A DNA stretch of 64,000 nucleotides, taken from contig NC_135660.1 of NCBI RefSeq assembly GCF_964188315.1, forward strand, positions 79,546,001 through 79,610,000. The letters run 5' to 3'. The notes beneath the pieces are model-generated. The model was given only the letters and a program-made list of their open reading frames with translations. It was not told where the DNA came from and ran no database searches. The DNA is from Podarcis muralis. Taxonomy: Eukaryota. Of the stretch, positions 12,699-26,899 are shown piece by piece; the stretch's first letter is position 1, and every line of letters starts with the position of its first letter. A program made the translations under genes and the position numbers.

Positions 12699-13219
12699 AT
12701 CATGTATCAATTACAACCTAGTGCAGCACAGAAAAGCTGAATATAGAGCTATAAAGGGGTGGAGACAGATTGGAAGAAATGGGGGGTGGGGAGAGCCATC
12801 ACAAACGCTTGAGAATCCGTCTCCTCCAATGAAGTATTTTAAGTGGGACTCAAATTCCTCTAAAGGAAAAAGCATAGTGCTTTTCCTACATGAACTGAAA
12901 TCTGAAAAATTACAGGGGAACATTAAAATGTGCAGTCCCAGCCTTCTGATGCAGGACAATCCAGCAAGAAAGGCATCAGCAAGATTGTGCACTTCAGAAG
13001 GTAGTAATGTATTTTCGTTGCAAGAGGAAGTTGAATAGTTCTTACAACACTATAAGAAACAATTATGGGAGCCAACTTCAACATCTGATAGCTGGCAGGC
13101 AATTTCATTGTATTCTTTTCCGTGCATGCTAAATACGGTACATTCTTATTTAGATAAGCCTACCCAAACGTTTAGAAAGTTTTAATAAGTTTTAATTTGT
13201 TTTAGTCTAGTCTATTGTA

Positions 13220-13579
13220 GGGACACGGGTGGCGCTGTGGGTAAAAGCCTCAGCGCCTAGGGCTTCCTGATCGAAAGGTTGGCGGTTCGAATCCCCACGG
13301 CGGGGTGTGCTCCCGTTGCTCGGTCCCAGCGCCTGCCAACCTAGCAGTTTGAAAGCACCTCCGGGTGCGAGTAGATAAATAGGGACCACTTAATGGCGGG
13401 AAGGTAAACGGCGTTTCCGTGTGCTGCGCTGGCTCGCCAGATGCAGCTTTGTCACGCTGGCCACGTGACCCGGAAGTGTCTGCGGACAGCGCTGGCCCCC
13501 GGCCTCTTGAGTGAGATGGGCGCACAACCCTAGAGTCTGGCAAGACTGGCCCGTACGGGCAGGGGTACCTTTACCTTTT
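13220..13579 (+). mobile_element. Sauria SINE, subfamily B
   Basis: TSD AGTCTATTGT at 13209-13218 and 13581-13590. Confidence 0.93.
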
Positions 13580-13597
13580 GAGTCTATTGTGGTTTTA

Positions 13598-13940
13598 GGA
13601 CACGGGTGGCACTGTGGGTTCAAACACTGAGCCTAGGACTTGCCGATCAGAAGGTTCGAATCCCCGTGACAGGGTGAGCTCCCGTTGCTCAGTCCCTGCT
13701 CCTGCCAACCTAGCAGTTCGAAAGCACGTCAAAGTGCAAGTAGATAAACAGGTACTGCTCCGGCGGGAAGCTAAACAGCGTTTCCGTACGCTGCTCTGGT
13801 TCGCCAGAAGCGGCTTAGTCATGCTGACCACATGACTTGGAAGTTGTATGCCGGCTCCCTCGGCCAATAAAGCGAGATGAGCGCCGCAACCCCAGAGTTG
13901 GTTACGACTGGACCTAATGGTCAGGGGTCCCTTTACCTTT
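13598..13940 (+). mobile_element. Sauria SINE, subfamily A
   Basis: TSD TATTGTGGTTTTA at 13585-13597 and 13940-13952. Confidence 0.93.
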
Positions 13941-14074
13941 ATTGTGGTTTTAACTTTCTATATGTTTTAAATTATGGTTGTATTTATTTATTTTTTAGTG
14001 ATAATCATATTGTTTTATCTTTTTTGTAAACGCTTTGAAGGCTTTTCCTGCAATCAAACAGTATATAAAACAGT

Positions 14075-15986
14075 ATATTTCTTCGCCGCCTCTTTTGCAT
14101 CTGCAGAAAACAGCAGCAGGAGCCTTTTTCAGGTGGTTCACAATTTAGCGGAACCACCTGCGACATCGGGGCCCAGTACGGGCCACATGATCTCCTGCAA
14201 TGATTTTGCAAAGTTTTTTGCAGATAAAATCGCTCAGATTCGGGAAGTAGACTCCACCGTGGGAGCAGGGCCAGGGCGGGAGAGTGCTAGAGTCCTGTCT
14301 AGTCAAGTTGTGTGGGATCAATTCCAATCTGTTACCTCCGAGGATGTGGACAGGCTGCTTGGACGAGTGAAGCCAACCACCTGTCTCCTGGATCCTTGCC
14401 CATCCTGGCTTATAAAAGCTACCCGGGAAGGACTGGGCGATGGGCTTCTTGGGGTGGTGAATGCTTCCCTCCGTGAGGGAGCCTTCCCAGACCCGCTGAA
14501 AGAGGCGGTTATTAAACCGCTTCTTAAAAAACGATATTTAGATGCGGCCACGATGGCCAATTATCGCCCAGTCTCAAATCTTCCATTCTTGGGCAAGGTG
14601 ATTGAGCGAGTGGTTGCTGAACAACTCCAGGCACGCCTGGAAGAAGCGGACCATTTGGATCCCTTCCAGTCGGGATTCAGGCCTCATCATGGGACTGAAA
14701 CTGCCTTGGTCGCACTGGTTGATGATCTCCGGCGGGCTAGGGACAAAGGTGAGAGCTGTTTCCTAGTTCTGCTGGATCTCTCAGCGGCGTTTGATACCAT
14801 CGACCATAACATCCTTCTGGACCGTCTTCAGGGGCTGGGAGCTGGAGGCACTGTCATACAGTGGTTTCGCTCCTTCCTCCTGGGCCGTGTTCAGAAAGTG
14901 GTGGTGCGGGATGAGTGTTCAGACCCCTGGGCTCTCACTTGTGGGGTGCCTCAGGGTTCTGTCCTCTCCCCCATGCTTTTCAACATTTACATGCAGCCAC
15001 TGGGAGATATCATCAGGAGGTTTGGGCTGGGTGTTCATCAGTATGTGGATGATACCCAGCTCTACCTCTCTTTTAAATCAGAACCAGTGAAGGCGGTGAA
15101 GGTCCTGTGTGAGTGTCTGGAAGCGATTGGAGGATGGATGGCGGCTAACAGATTGAGGTTGAATCCTGACAAGACAGAAGTACTGTTTTTGGGGGACAGG
15201 AGGCGAGCAGGTGTGGATTCCCTGGTCCTGAATGGGGTAACTGTGCCCCTGAAGGACCAGGTGCGCAGCTTGGGAGTCATTTTAGACTCACAGCTGTCCA
15301 TGGAGGCACAGGTCAAATCTGTATCCAGGGCAGCTGTTTACCAGCTCCATCTGGTATGTAGGCTGAGACCCTATCTGCCTGCAGACTGTCTCGCCAGAGT
15401 GGTACATGCTCTGGTTATCTCCCGCTTGGACTACTGCAATGCGCTCTACGTGGGGCTACCTTTGAAGGTGACCCGGAAACTACAACTAATCCAGAATGCG
15501 GCAGCTAGACTGGTGACTGGGAGTGGCCGCCGAGACCATATAACACCGGTCTTGAAAGACCTACATTGGCTGCCAGTACGTTTCCGAGCACAATTCAAAG
15601 TGTTGGTGCCGACCTTTAAAGCCCTAAACGACCTTGGTCCAGTATATCTGAAGGAGCGTCTCCTCCCCAATCGTTCTGCCTGGACACTGAGGTCCAGCTC
15701 CGAGGGCCTTCTGGCGGTTCCCTCACTGCGAGAGGCCAAGTTACAGGGAATAAGGCAGAGGGCCTTCTTGGTAGTGGCGCCCGCCCTGTGGAACGCCCTC
15801 CCATCAGATGTCAAAGCGATAAACATCTACCTGACATTCAGAAGACATCTGAAGGCAGCCCTGTTCAGGGAAGTTTTTAATATGTGACATTTTAGTGTAT
15901 CTTTCATCTTTGTTGGAAGCTGCCCAGAGTGGCTGGGGAAACTCAGCCAGATGGGTGTGGTACAAATAATAAATTATTATTATTAT
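14075..15986 (+). mobile_element. Young 5'-truncated L2-clade LINE with uninterrupted reverse transcriptase frame
   Basis: ORF to the stop at 15887 contains NYRPVSNLPFLGK, QSGFR, LDLSAAFDTIDH, GVPQGSVLSP, YVDD and HITPVLKDLHWLP; endonuclease missing; 3' UTR and (TTA)n tail. Confidence 0.95.
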
Positions 15987-16224
15987 GATGTCCAACAGAT
16001 AGATCGTGATCTACAGGTAGATCACTGGACGCCTGCAGCAGATCACTGGTAGATCATTGGCTTCCCCCAAAGAAGCTGAACTGTGGCACCCCTAAAAAAA
16101 AAAGCTCAACAATTTTCCTCCCCCCTAAAACCCCAACATCTTTGACCTGAACCCCCAGGTTTTAATTCTGCCAGTTTTTAACTCTGTGAGTAGATCGCAG
16201 TCTCTTGGGAGTTGGCCACCCCTG
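15987..16224. mobile_element. hAT-type MITE body whose first 4 nt (14071-14074) were separated by the L2 insertion
   Basis: CAGT+GATGTCCAAC versus right TIR GTTGGCCACCCCTG; GTATATAAAA flanks at 14061-14070 and 16225-16234; sibling at 54211-54395. Confidence 0.7.
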
Positions 16225-16626
16225 GTATATAAAATTTAAAAAACACACACATTTCTCATGGAAAGTGCAACAAAATCAGCTCTTTCTGGAAAAAGCAATC
16301 AAGGCATAAGCCACTTCTTTCATTGATACAAACCTTTTTCTTTATTTTTCACAGCTTCATCAAGTAGAGCTGGCAAAAAGTAATTCACAACTCAATCAAG
16401 CTGCAAGTCACTAAAAATACAGTGAGAATAAAATAACAGACCAAAGGGAGGATGCCTTTGTTTTGCAAATACTACTGACTAAGTTATAAAAGTCTGAAGT
16501 ATGCATACTTTTACAAAAAGTGCACTACAAGTCACAGTCTGCCACAAGCAGACATAATTTGTTACAAAACAAACTCAAGAGCAAAAGATGCAGAATAATA
16601 AAAAAAAAGTATTTGAACTGTTAACA

Positions 16627-16632
16627 TTTATT
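16627..16632 (-). terminator. EXOSC3 polyadenylation signal (AATAAA on minus)
   Basis: tttatt on plus, about 85 nt past the stop; a second candidate at 16341-16346. Confidence 0.6.
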
Positions 16633-16715
16633 GCCTTAAATATAAAAAAATATTTAAAAATGCATTTCTGGGTCATCATTTCCACATAAGAATATCTATT
16701 TAAAATTCCTTCCCA

Positions 16716-20176
<3,461 letters not shown>

Positions 20177-20179
20177 GAC

Positions 20180-20300
20180 GCCACAAAACAGCCCGCTCGC
20201 TGCGCATGCGGGGGGGCAAGGGCCTTCTCGCGCATGCGCAGGCGATTCCCTCCGCCCCCCCCCTCTGCCCTTCATCTTTTGCCAGGATCGCCGATGGACT
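20180..20300 (-). promoter_or_regulatory. EXOSC3 CpG-island promoter with tandem NRF1 motifs
   Basis: TGCGCATGCG at 20201-20210 and CGCGCATGCGCA at 20229-20240, just upstream of the ATG. CpG-dense 19850-20300, with ETS-type CACTTCCG motifs near 19892 and 19960. Confidence 0.7.
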
Positions 20301-20364
20301 CCTGCCACTATAGAGATAGAATGGGCTAGAGAGGCACTCGCTTCCTGGCATCCTTTCCCACGGG

Positions 20365-20620
20365 ATCATAGAATTTTAGAGTTGGAAGAGACCCCTGCTG
20401 GTCATCCAGTCGAACCCCCTGCAATGCAGGAATCTCAACTAAAGCATTCATGGCAGGTTGTCACCGAATCGTAGAGTTGGAAGGGACCCCGAAGATCATC
20501 TACAGAATTGAGCTACTGTATCTCATTTGTTGATTAGGAACGGCCCCCCTAGGGTCATCTAGTCCAACCCCGCTGCAATACAGGAATTTCAACGGAAGCA
20601 TCAAGGGCAGATGGTCGTTT
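20365..20620 (-). mobile_element. Cluster of CR1-type 3'-tail fragments just upstream of the EXOSC3 promoter
   Basis: Three partial copies of ATAGAAT..TAGAGTTGGAAGGGACCC..GGTCATCTAGTCCAACCCCCTGCAATGCAGG. Confidence 0.7.
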
Positions 20621-21349
20621 TGCAGTGTAGGAGGAGTGAGAGTGCCATGTGACTGCATGCATGCATGCAAAAGGAACAAAACGGGGGTGGTATTTATGTG
20701 TGGGATGTCTGTTAAGCACAACGGTTGCCAATTGCTATCAGGCCCCTTCAAGGTGTTGCTGTTAGCATGCAAAGCCCTTAACAACTTGGGATCAGTTTAG
20801 CTGCGAGTTCGTTGTACGCTCACTCAACCGCTTCAGTCTGCAGAACTGGCACTGCTACAGGTGGTACCACATAATACCTGTTCTGCACTGGTAAGAAATC
20901 CATCTTCTAATATGGCAGAACCTATGCTATGGAACTCACTGCCTGCTGACACCAGGCAGGCACTTCCACTGTACCCTTTTGGGCACCTACTAAAAACGTT
21001 TTGTTTAGACAAGCATCCCCTGTATGTAAAATATTGATGTGTGTTTTAATCTAGTTTTAATTTATCACTGATCTTGTCTCAGATATTTTAATTACCTCTG
21101 TAAATATTCCTTTCTAGCTTCAACTTTCTAATTCAACAGTGAATGAGATAAAATACCACAATGATTCATCTCGTGGTTTCCAAAGCTATGGCGACACCAT
21201 CTGGTAGTTAGTGGAGACACAAAGATATGTGACAACCGCCATATGAGTTTTTAAGAATTACAGTAGCTGAGTAAGTCGTATCATGCACATCTCATGAGTA
21301 ACAAAGTCGTGAAAAAGGGTCATGAAAACTGACAAATCTAGACCTAAAG

Positions 21350-21355
21350 TTTATT
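21350..21355 (-). terminator. Candidate DYDC2 polyadenylation signal
   Basis: First AATAAA I found on minus downstream of the stop (about 265 nt). Confidence 0.45.
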
Positions 21356-21532
21356 TGCAAGACTTTTTCCCTAATATGAAAATGTCAAAGTTAAAAGAAC
21401 TATTGCAGTTTAGTTCTACTGAAATCAGCAACTGTAGTAGAAACACCATTATCATCCACCCCAGAACACAGCAAGTTAGAGAAAGCGAATAATCTAAACC
21501 AACTCAGAAGCTGCTGCTTTCATTTTTTGGTC

Positions 21533-21618
21533 ACAGTCCTATGCACAACATCTTGTTAGAAAGTCCTGCTGAACTCAGTGGGACTTAATTCTGAGTAAAC
21601 ATGGTTAGGATTGCACTG
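21533..21618. mobile_element. Palindromic MITE abutting the DYDC2 stop codon
   Basis: CAGTCCTATGCAC...GGGACTTAATTCTGAGTAAACATGGTTAGGATTGCACTG; related copies at about 31880-31960, 51040-51130 and 53780-53870. Confidence 0.6.
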
Positions 21619-24600
21619 TTACTCCAAATTCAGCTCTTGACTGGATTTGGATTCCTCATCTGGAGTGGCTTCTTCATCTTCCGTGCCATCTTCTGTTTCT
21701 GTATCATGTTCATTCTGATTTACCTCATCATGTTCCAACCGGCTTTCACCTCCGTCATCCATCGTCTCCTGCGGAATCCGATTAAAATCTTCATCCATGG
21801 TTATCTCTGTCAAGCCTTCCTGGAGAGTTGTGCTGGTATTCTCCTCACCTGGTGTCTCACCCAATTCAGCCTTTATAACACTGATGTAACCTTGATCCAA
21901 TTTGTCTTCTAAGGTTTCTTTCTTTGACTCAGCAGTAGTTTCAAGTTCTTCTGGAATCCTCACATTCTTCTCTTCTGTTCTCTTCTGTTAATACAAATCA
22001 ACATCATATACATGAGCACAGGGAAATACACCACCATGAAAATTCTCCCTTTGAAATCAGTTATCTAGAGGTGTTCATTTATCATTTATACCCCGCCCAT
22101 CTGGCTGGGTTAACCTAGCTACTCTGGGCGGCTTCCAAGAAAATATTAAAAATACAATTTATTATTTTGTAACAAAAATATTTAATAAATAATAAAATGT
22201 TAATAATAACTCAACCTCAGCCACGGTAGTCTTTGGCCATAAGGATCTTCACTGAGTCCTCAAGCCAGCGTGGCATATGCTGGACTGTTTGGGCAAGGAA
22301 GAATGCCCTCCCAGAGAGGCAGTACATTTTTACAACCCAATAAAGAATACTCCCTTATAAATAAAGTAAGAAAACAACGTTCTTATCTAGTGAACCTTCT
22401 GTTCTTATGAATACAGGCATTCCACCAACCCACTGACTCAAATGTTCACTTCCTCTCTCCTTATATTGGTTGTTCTCCCGCTGATGATTGATTTCACACT
22501 TATAGTTTCCATTTGTTTTTGTTTTTCCTGTTTCAGTGTTGTTGCATTTCTGCGTATGTTACAGATGTTTCCATTTTTAAGTTAAGTTGGAGAGTGATAG
22601 GTAGCTACTCCCACTTTACAGGAAGTGGCCTTTCAACCTTGCCTTTCAAACCCGCGGGGTTGGACCTAACCCAAAATGGAACAGCCTATCTGCAAAAACA
22701 AAAGTACACTAGATGAGAGCTTTGGTTATTTTTCCCTCCTGAACTGTACCTCTTCAGACTGCAGTTAGTAAGACTGCATGTTTGAATGTCTCTAATGAAA
22801 TTACCCTCTTTGCACGTCAAAGACTACAACATTGGGGAGAATATTCATTTTTTCTATGTGCAGGGTGCTTGGTATATACAGTGGTAAACTCCCCTTTAGG
22901 GAAGCAGCAGCATCATGAGGTCACAATGGCCAGCATCTCTCCTTCAAGAGGGAAACATCATCATGAGGTCACAAGGGCCAGCCACCCTCCTTCCGGGAGG
23001 CAGCATCATCATGATGTCACAATGGCCAGCCTCTCTCCTTTAGGGAGGCAGCATCATCATGATGTCACAGTGGCCAGCCTCTCTCCTTTAGGGAGGCAGC
23101 ATCATCATGATGTCACAATGGCCAGCCTCTCTCCTTTAGGGAGGCAGCATCATCATGATGTCACAATGGCCAGCCTCTCTCCTTCAGGGAGGCAAGATAA
23201 TCATGAGGTCACAGTGGCTTTTTTCTCTCCCTTAAAGGTAAAGGCAAAGGGACCCCTGACCATTAGGTCCAATCGTGATCGACTCTGGGGTTGTGGCGCT
23301 CATCTCGCTTTATTGGCCGAGGGAGCCAGTGTACAGCTTCCGGGTCATATGGCCAACATGACTAAGCCGTTTCTGGTGAACCAGAGCAGCACACGGAAAC
23401 GCTGTTTACCTTCTCGCCGGAGCAGTACCTATTTATCTACTTGCACTTTGACGTCCTTTCAAACTGCTAGGTTGGCCGGAGCAGGGACCGAGCAACAGGA
23501 GCTCACCCCGTCACGGGGATTCGAACCGCCGACCTTCTGATCAGCAAGTCCTAGGCTCAGTGGTTTAGACTTTAGACCACAGCGCCACCCGTGTCCCTTA
23601 GGGAGGCATAATCATCATGAGGTCACAGTGGCCAGCCTCCCTCCTTCCGGGAGAGAACATCATCATGAGGTCACAATGGCTAGCCTCCCTCCTTTAGGGA
23701 GGCAACATCATCATGAGGTCACAGTGGCCAGCCACCCTCCTTCTGGGAGGCAGCATCATCATGAGGTCACAGTGGCCAGCCACCCTCCTTCTGGGAGGCA
23801 GCATCATCATGAGGTCACAGTGGCCAGCCACCCTCCTTCTGGGAGGCAGCATCATCATGAGGTCACAATGGCTAGCCTCTCTCCTGCAGGGATGCAACAT
23901 CATCATGAGGTCACAATGGCCAGCCTCTCTCCTTCAAGGAGGCAGCATCATCATGATGTCACAGTGGCTTTTTTCTTTCCTTCAGGGTGAAGTAGAGAGG
24001 CGAGTGGTGTATAATTGGGGATGAGACTTTAATCTCATGACCTATATCCTCATCCAAAGCTAATGTTATTCATTATAATATTATAAGCTTTTAGGATCTT
24101 GACACACCAATTAATTCCCTCTCTCTTTCAATTTATTTTATTCATCTGATTCCATGCATTGACTAGAGACTTAGATTTTAGACTCATACAATCTGCTCAG
24201 CTTCTTCCCTTTGTCCTAAGGTTCCCAGATGGAAGTGAGAAATGTCCATAAAAAATAATGGAGAAATTGAGGATTTCATTAGAGCTATAACTGGTCAGTC
24301 ACAGACACCTGACTCTAAGCAATAGAGATAGGAAATACAGAGGAGCTCCTGTCTTAAGTGTCCATTGAGAATCCAGAAATTCATTCACCAAACAATTAGT
24401 TACTCTGTTTTCTTATCTTGGTGCCCACATTTTTGGAAGGTCACAGTTCGTGGAAGGTCATAGAGCAGTTTTATTTAAAAAGAAAGCTTTACACACTTTT
24501 ATACTTCTTGATACCTGGGTATATAGAAACTACTCCCTTATTTTTTGGTGGCCTCATTTTACTCTCAGACTGAAAACCTCAACCACCGAATTTCATTATT

Positions 24601-25337
24601 AAAAGGGAATTCTGAGACAATAAACCCACATACATGTTGTTACTCACTTCATTTATATGATTTTTGTCAGTTTCTTCAATCCTCTGCAGAATTGGTACTC
24701 CATCCTTCCCAGATAACTCCACAATTGTCTTCTTGGATTGCTGCTCTTTAATGATCTTTGTAAAATAAAAACGTGATTTAGCTAACTAAAACAAATGGTT
24801 GATGGTGTCTCAGCCACTCATCATTTAAAGCCCAATAGCCATTCACTACAATGGTATTACTGGCTTATTTTGGGCCCTCTGCTGTCATTACAGATCATCT
24901 CACCTATTCATATGGTAAACTTAATATTGCTTAGGAAAGGGTTTCAGACCTGCTGCTGTTTTTCAAATTTCTTGGCAACCAGGAGCTCTTCCGCTTTCAG
25001 CTTTTCTATCCTCTTCGCTTCTGCAAGGGCTTCTTCATGCTCACGTTCCAGCTCGGCCCTCTCTACCCTTCTCTAAAAAAAGCACAAAGTATTGGGGAAA
25101 TGCGCAAAGGATTAATGGAAACCCTGTCTCCTTGATGCTAGCTTTCTTAAGCGTTTGCTTTTAAATTAAGAAGAGATACATTACCTTTTCTTCTTCATTT
25201 AATCTGTTCTTGTAGTTGTAAATAAAGTGTGCCAGGAAATCGATTGGGTCCACAGGCCGACGGTCCGCCGCTTCTGCAAGTCCCTCAGCCAAACATCTTC
25301 CGATGCGTTCCTTGAGGTATTTGACATCCATCCCCAT
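21619..25337 (-). CDS. DYDC2: DPY30 domain-containing protein, DYDC2-position paralog, 4 coding exons, about 247-249 aa
   Basis: Exons 25331-25185 ([41 protein letters not shown]..., 147 nt; in-frame ATG also at 25337), 25072-24950 (coiled coil, 123 nt), 24755-24648 (IIKEQQSKKTIVELSGKDGVPILQRIEETD..., 108 nt), 21984-21619 (acidic tail, 121 aa plus TAA). All are phase-0 GT-AG. The symbol rests on head-to-head position relative to DYDC1/MAT1A; orthology is not proven. Confidence 0.8.
22076..22200 (-). mobile_element. L2 3' end fragment
   Basis: TTTATACCCCGCCCATCTGGCTGGG...CTGGGCGGCTTCC. Confidence 0.75.
22899..23984. repeat. 48-bp minisatellite, 7+8 units, split by a Sauria SINE
   Basis: Unit GGGAGGCAGCATCATCATGA(T/G)GTCACA(A/G)TGGCCAGCCTCTCTCCTTTA; exact 48-bp phase at 22899-23234 and 23601-23984. 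Confidence 0.95.
23235..23597 (-). mobile_element. Sauria SINE, subfamily A, inserted in the minisatellite
   Basis: Full head and tail; CCCTTA on both sides (23229-23234, 23595-23600). Confidence 0.93.
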
Positions 25338-25612
25338 CTTGTGCCAAGCTCTGCATGGATATGGTACATTGGATGAACTCTTGCCAGATCACATCCCTTC
25401 CTTCCAAGTTAATAAAATCAATGTTCCGGAAATAATTCCCAAGATCCTACACTCTAATCAGGTTTCTTTACCTTCCGCCTTTGCCAACGTCCTCCCTGCA
25501 CTTTCATACATCTCAGCTGTATTTTCAAAGCATACTTTGCTTTCTGCAGCGAATGAAAACATTTTTTATTATTTATTAAATTTGTAATATATATGGGTAT
25601 AGATAGTTAGTA

Positions 25613-25962
25613 GGGACGCGGGTAGCGCTGTGGGTTAAACCACAGAGCCTAGGACTTGCCGATCAGAAGGTCGGCAGTTTGAATCCCCGTGACGGGGTGA
25701 GCTCCCGTTGCTCAGTCCCTGCTCCTGCCAACCTAGCAGTTCGAAAGCACCTCAAAGTGCAAGTAGATAAATAGGTACTACTCCGGCAGGAAGGTAAATG
25801 GCGTTTCCGTGCGCTGCTCAGGTTCGCCAGAAGCGGCTTAGTCATGCTGGCCACGTGACCTGGAAGCTGTACGCCGGCTCCCTCGGCCAATAAAGCGAGA
25901 TGAGCGTCGCAACCCCAGAGTCGGCCATGACTGGACCTAATGGTCAGGGGTCCCTTTACCTT
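25613..25962 (+). mobile_element. Sauria SINE, subfamily A
   Basis: TSD TATAGATAGTTA at 25598-25609 and 25963-25974. Confidence 0.93.
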
Positions 25963-26102
25963 TATAGATAGTTACCGGAGCTAAACCAGTTGGATCATTT
26001 ACATACACCATTAGGCACAAGCAACTGCCCTGCCGATGCACCTCTGCATGCACAGGAGGGATGCCAGAAGGGGCCTCCCACAAATCCAATGGGAGATAAA
26101 TA

Positions 26103-26328
26103 CAGTGGTACCTCCGGTTAAGTACTTAATTCGTTCCGGAGGTACGTTCTTAACCTGAAACTGTTTTTAACCTGTGGTACCACTTTAGCTAATGGGGCCT
26201 CCTGCTGCCGCCGCACCGCTACCGCACGATTTCTGCTCTCATCCTGAAGCAAAGATCTTAACCCGAGGTACTATTTCTGGGTTGGCGAAGTCTGTAACCT
26301 GAAGCGTCTGTAACCCGAGGTACCACTG
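26103..26328. mobile_element. Tc1/mariner MITE
   Basis: TA|CAGTGGTACCTC...GAGGTACCACTG|TA; sibling at 37386-37630. Confidence 0.9.
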
Positions 26329-26435
26329 TATATGCAAACGGAGCAGGAAAAAGAGAAAAGACCAGTTACTTAATATTTGCATAGCACAATGATCGCATCA
26401 TCTTGGCGATCCTGACAGCCCTTCACAGGAACTAT

Positions 26436-26585
26436 GGCTACACTCATTTGGTGGAGCATGCGACTCTTAATCTCAGGGCTGTGGGTTCGAGCCCCAACTT
26501 GGGCAAAAGATTCCTGCATTGCAGGGGGTTGGATTAGATGACCCTCGGGGCCCCTTCCAACTCCATGATTGAGTCTGTGATTCTA
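26436..26585 (+). mobile_element. tRNA-Lys(CTT)-headed SINE with CR1-type tail
   Basis: Head GAGCATGCGACTCTTAATCTCAGGGCTGTGGGTTCGAGCCCC resembles tRNA-Lys-CTT; tail CCTGCATTGCAGGGGGTTGGATTAGATGA...GATTCTA. Confidence 0.8.
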
Positions 26586-26899
26586 TTAACACCCCTGATC
26601 ATTCCTTTTCCAAAGACTCGGTAAGAAACAGCGATTGCTAGCCGGTGGGTGCCCCAAAGATTGGGGCACGCCGAACAAAGCCTTACCTTTTATGGGACCA
26701 AAGTGAGCAGAAGTTTTAAAACTTTGCAAGGAAGCCTTTTGCAACCCAGTCAATTAAATAAACCCTTTATATTAAAAGTCTACTTAAAAATTAATTCAGA
26801 AAAAAAGAAAAAAAATGTGTCCCAGATACAGAATTTTTAAATTTTTTAGGTAGCTTTATAAATGACATTTATACTACTACCCCCTCCAAAGTAAATAAA

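Noticed and set aside
22400-22691. Extra DYDC2 exon at a good minus-strand acceptor (22691/22690)
   Set aside because: Phase-0 reading stops after 7 codons and there is no homology; at most a cryptic or poison exon.
22899-23984. CRISPR-like regular repeats (also 931-1280)
   Set aside because: Units are contiguous with no unique spacers, there are no cas genes, and the context is eukaryotic.
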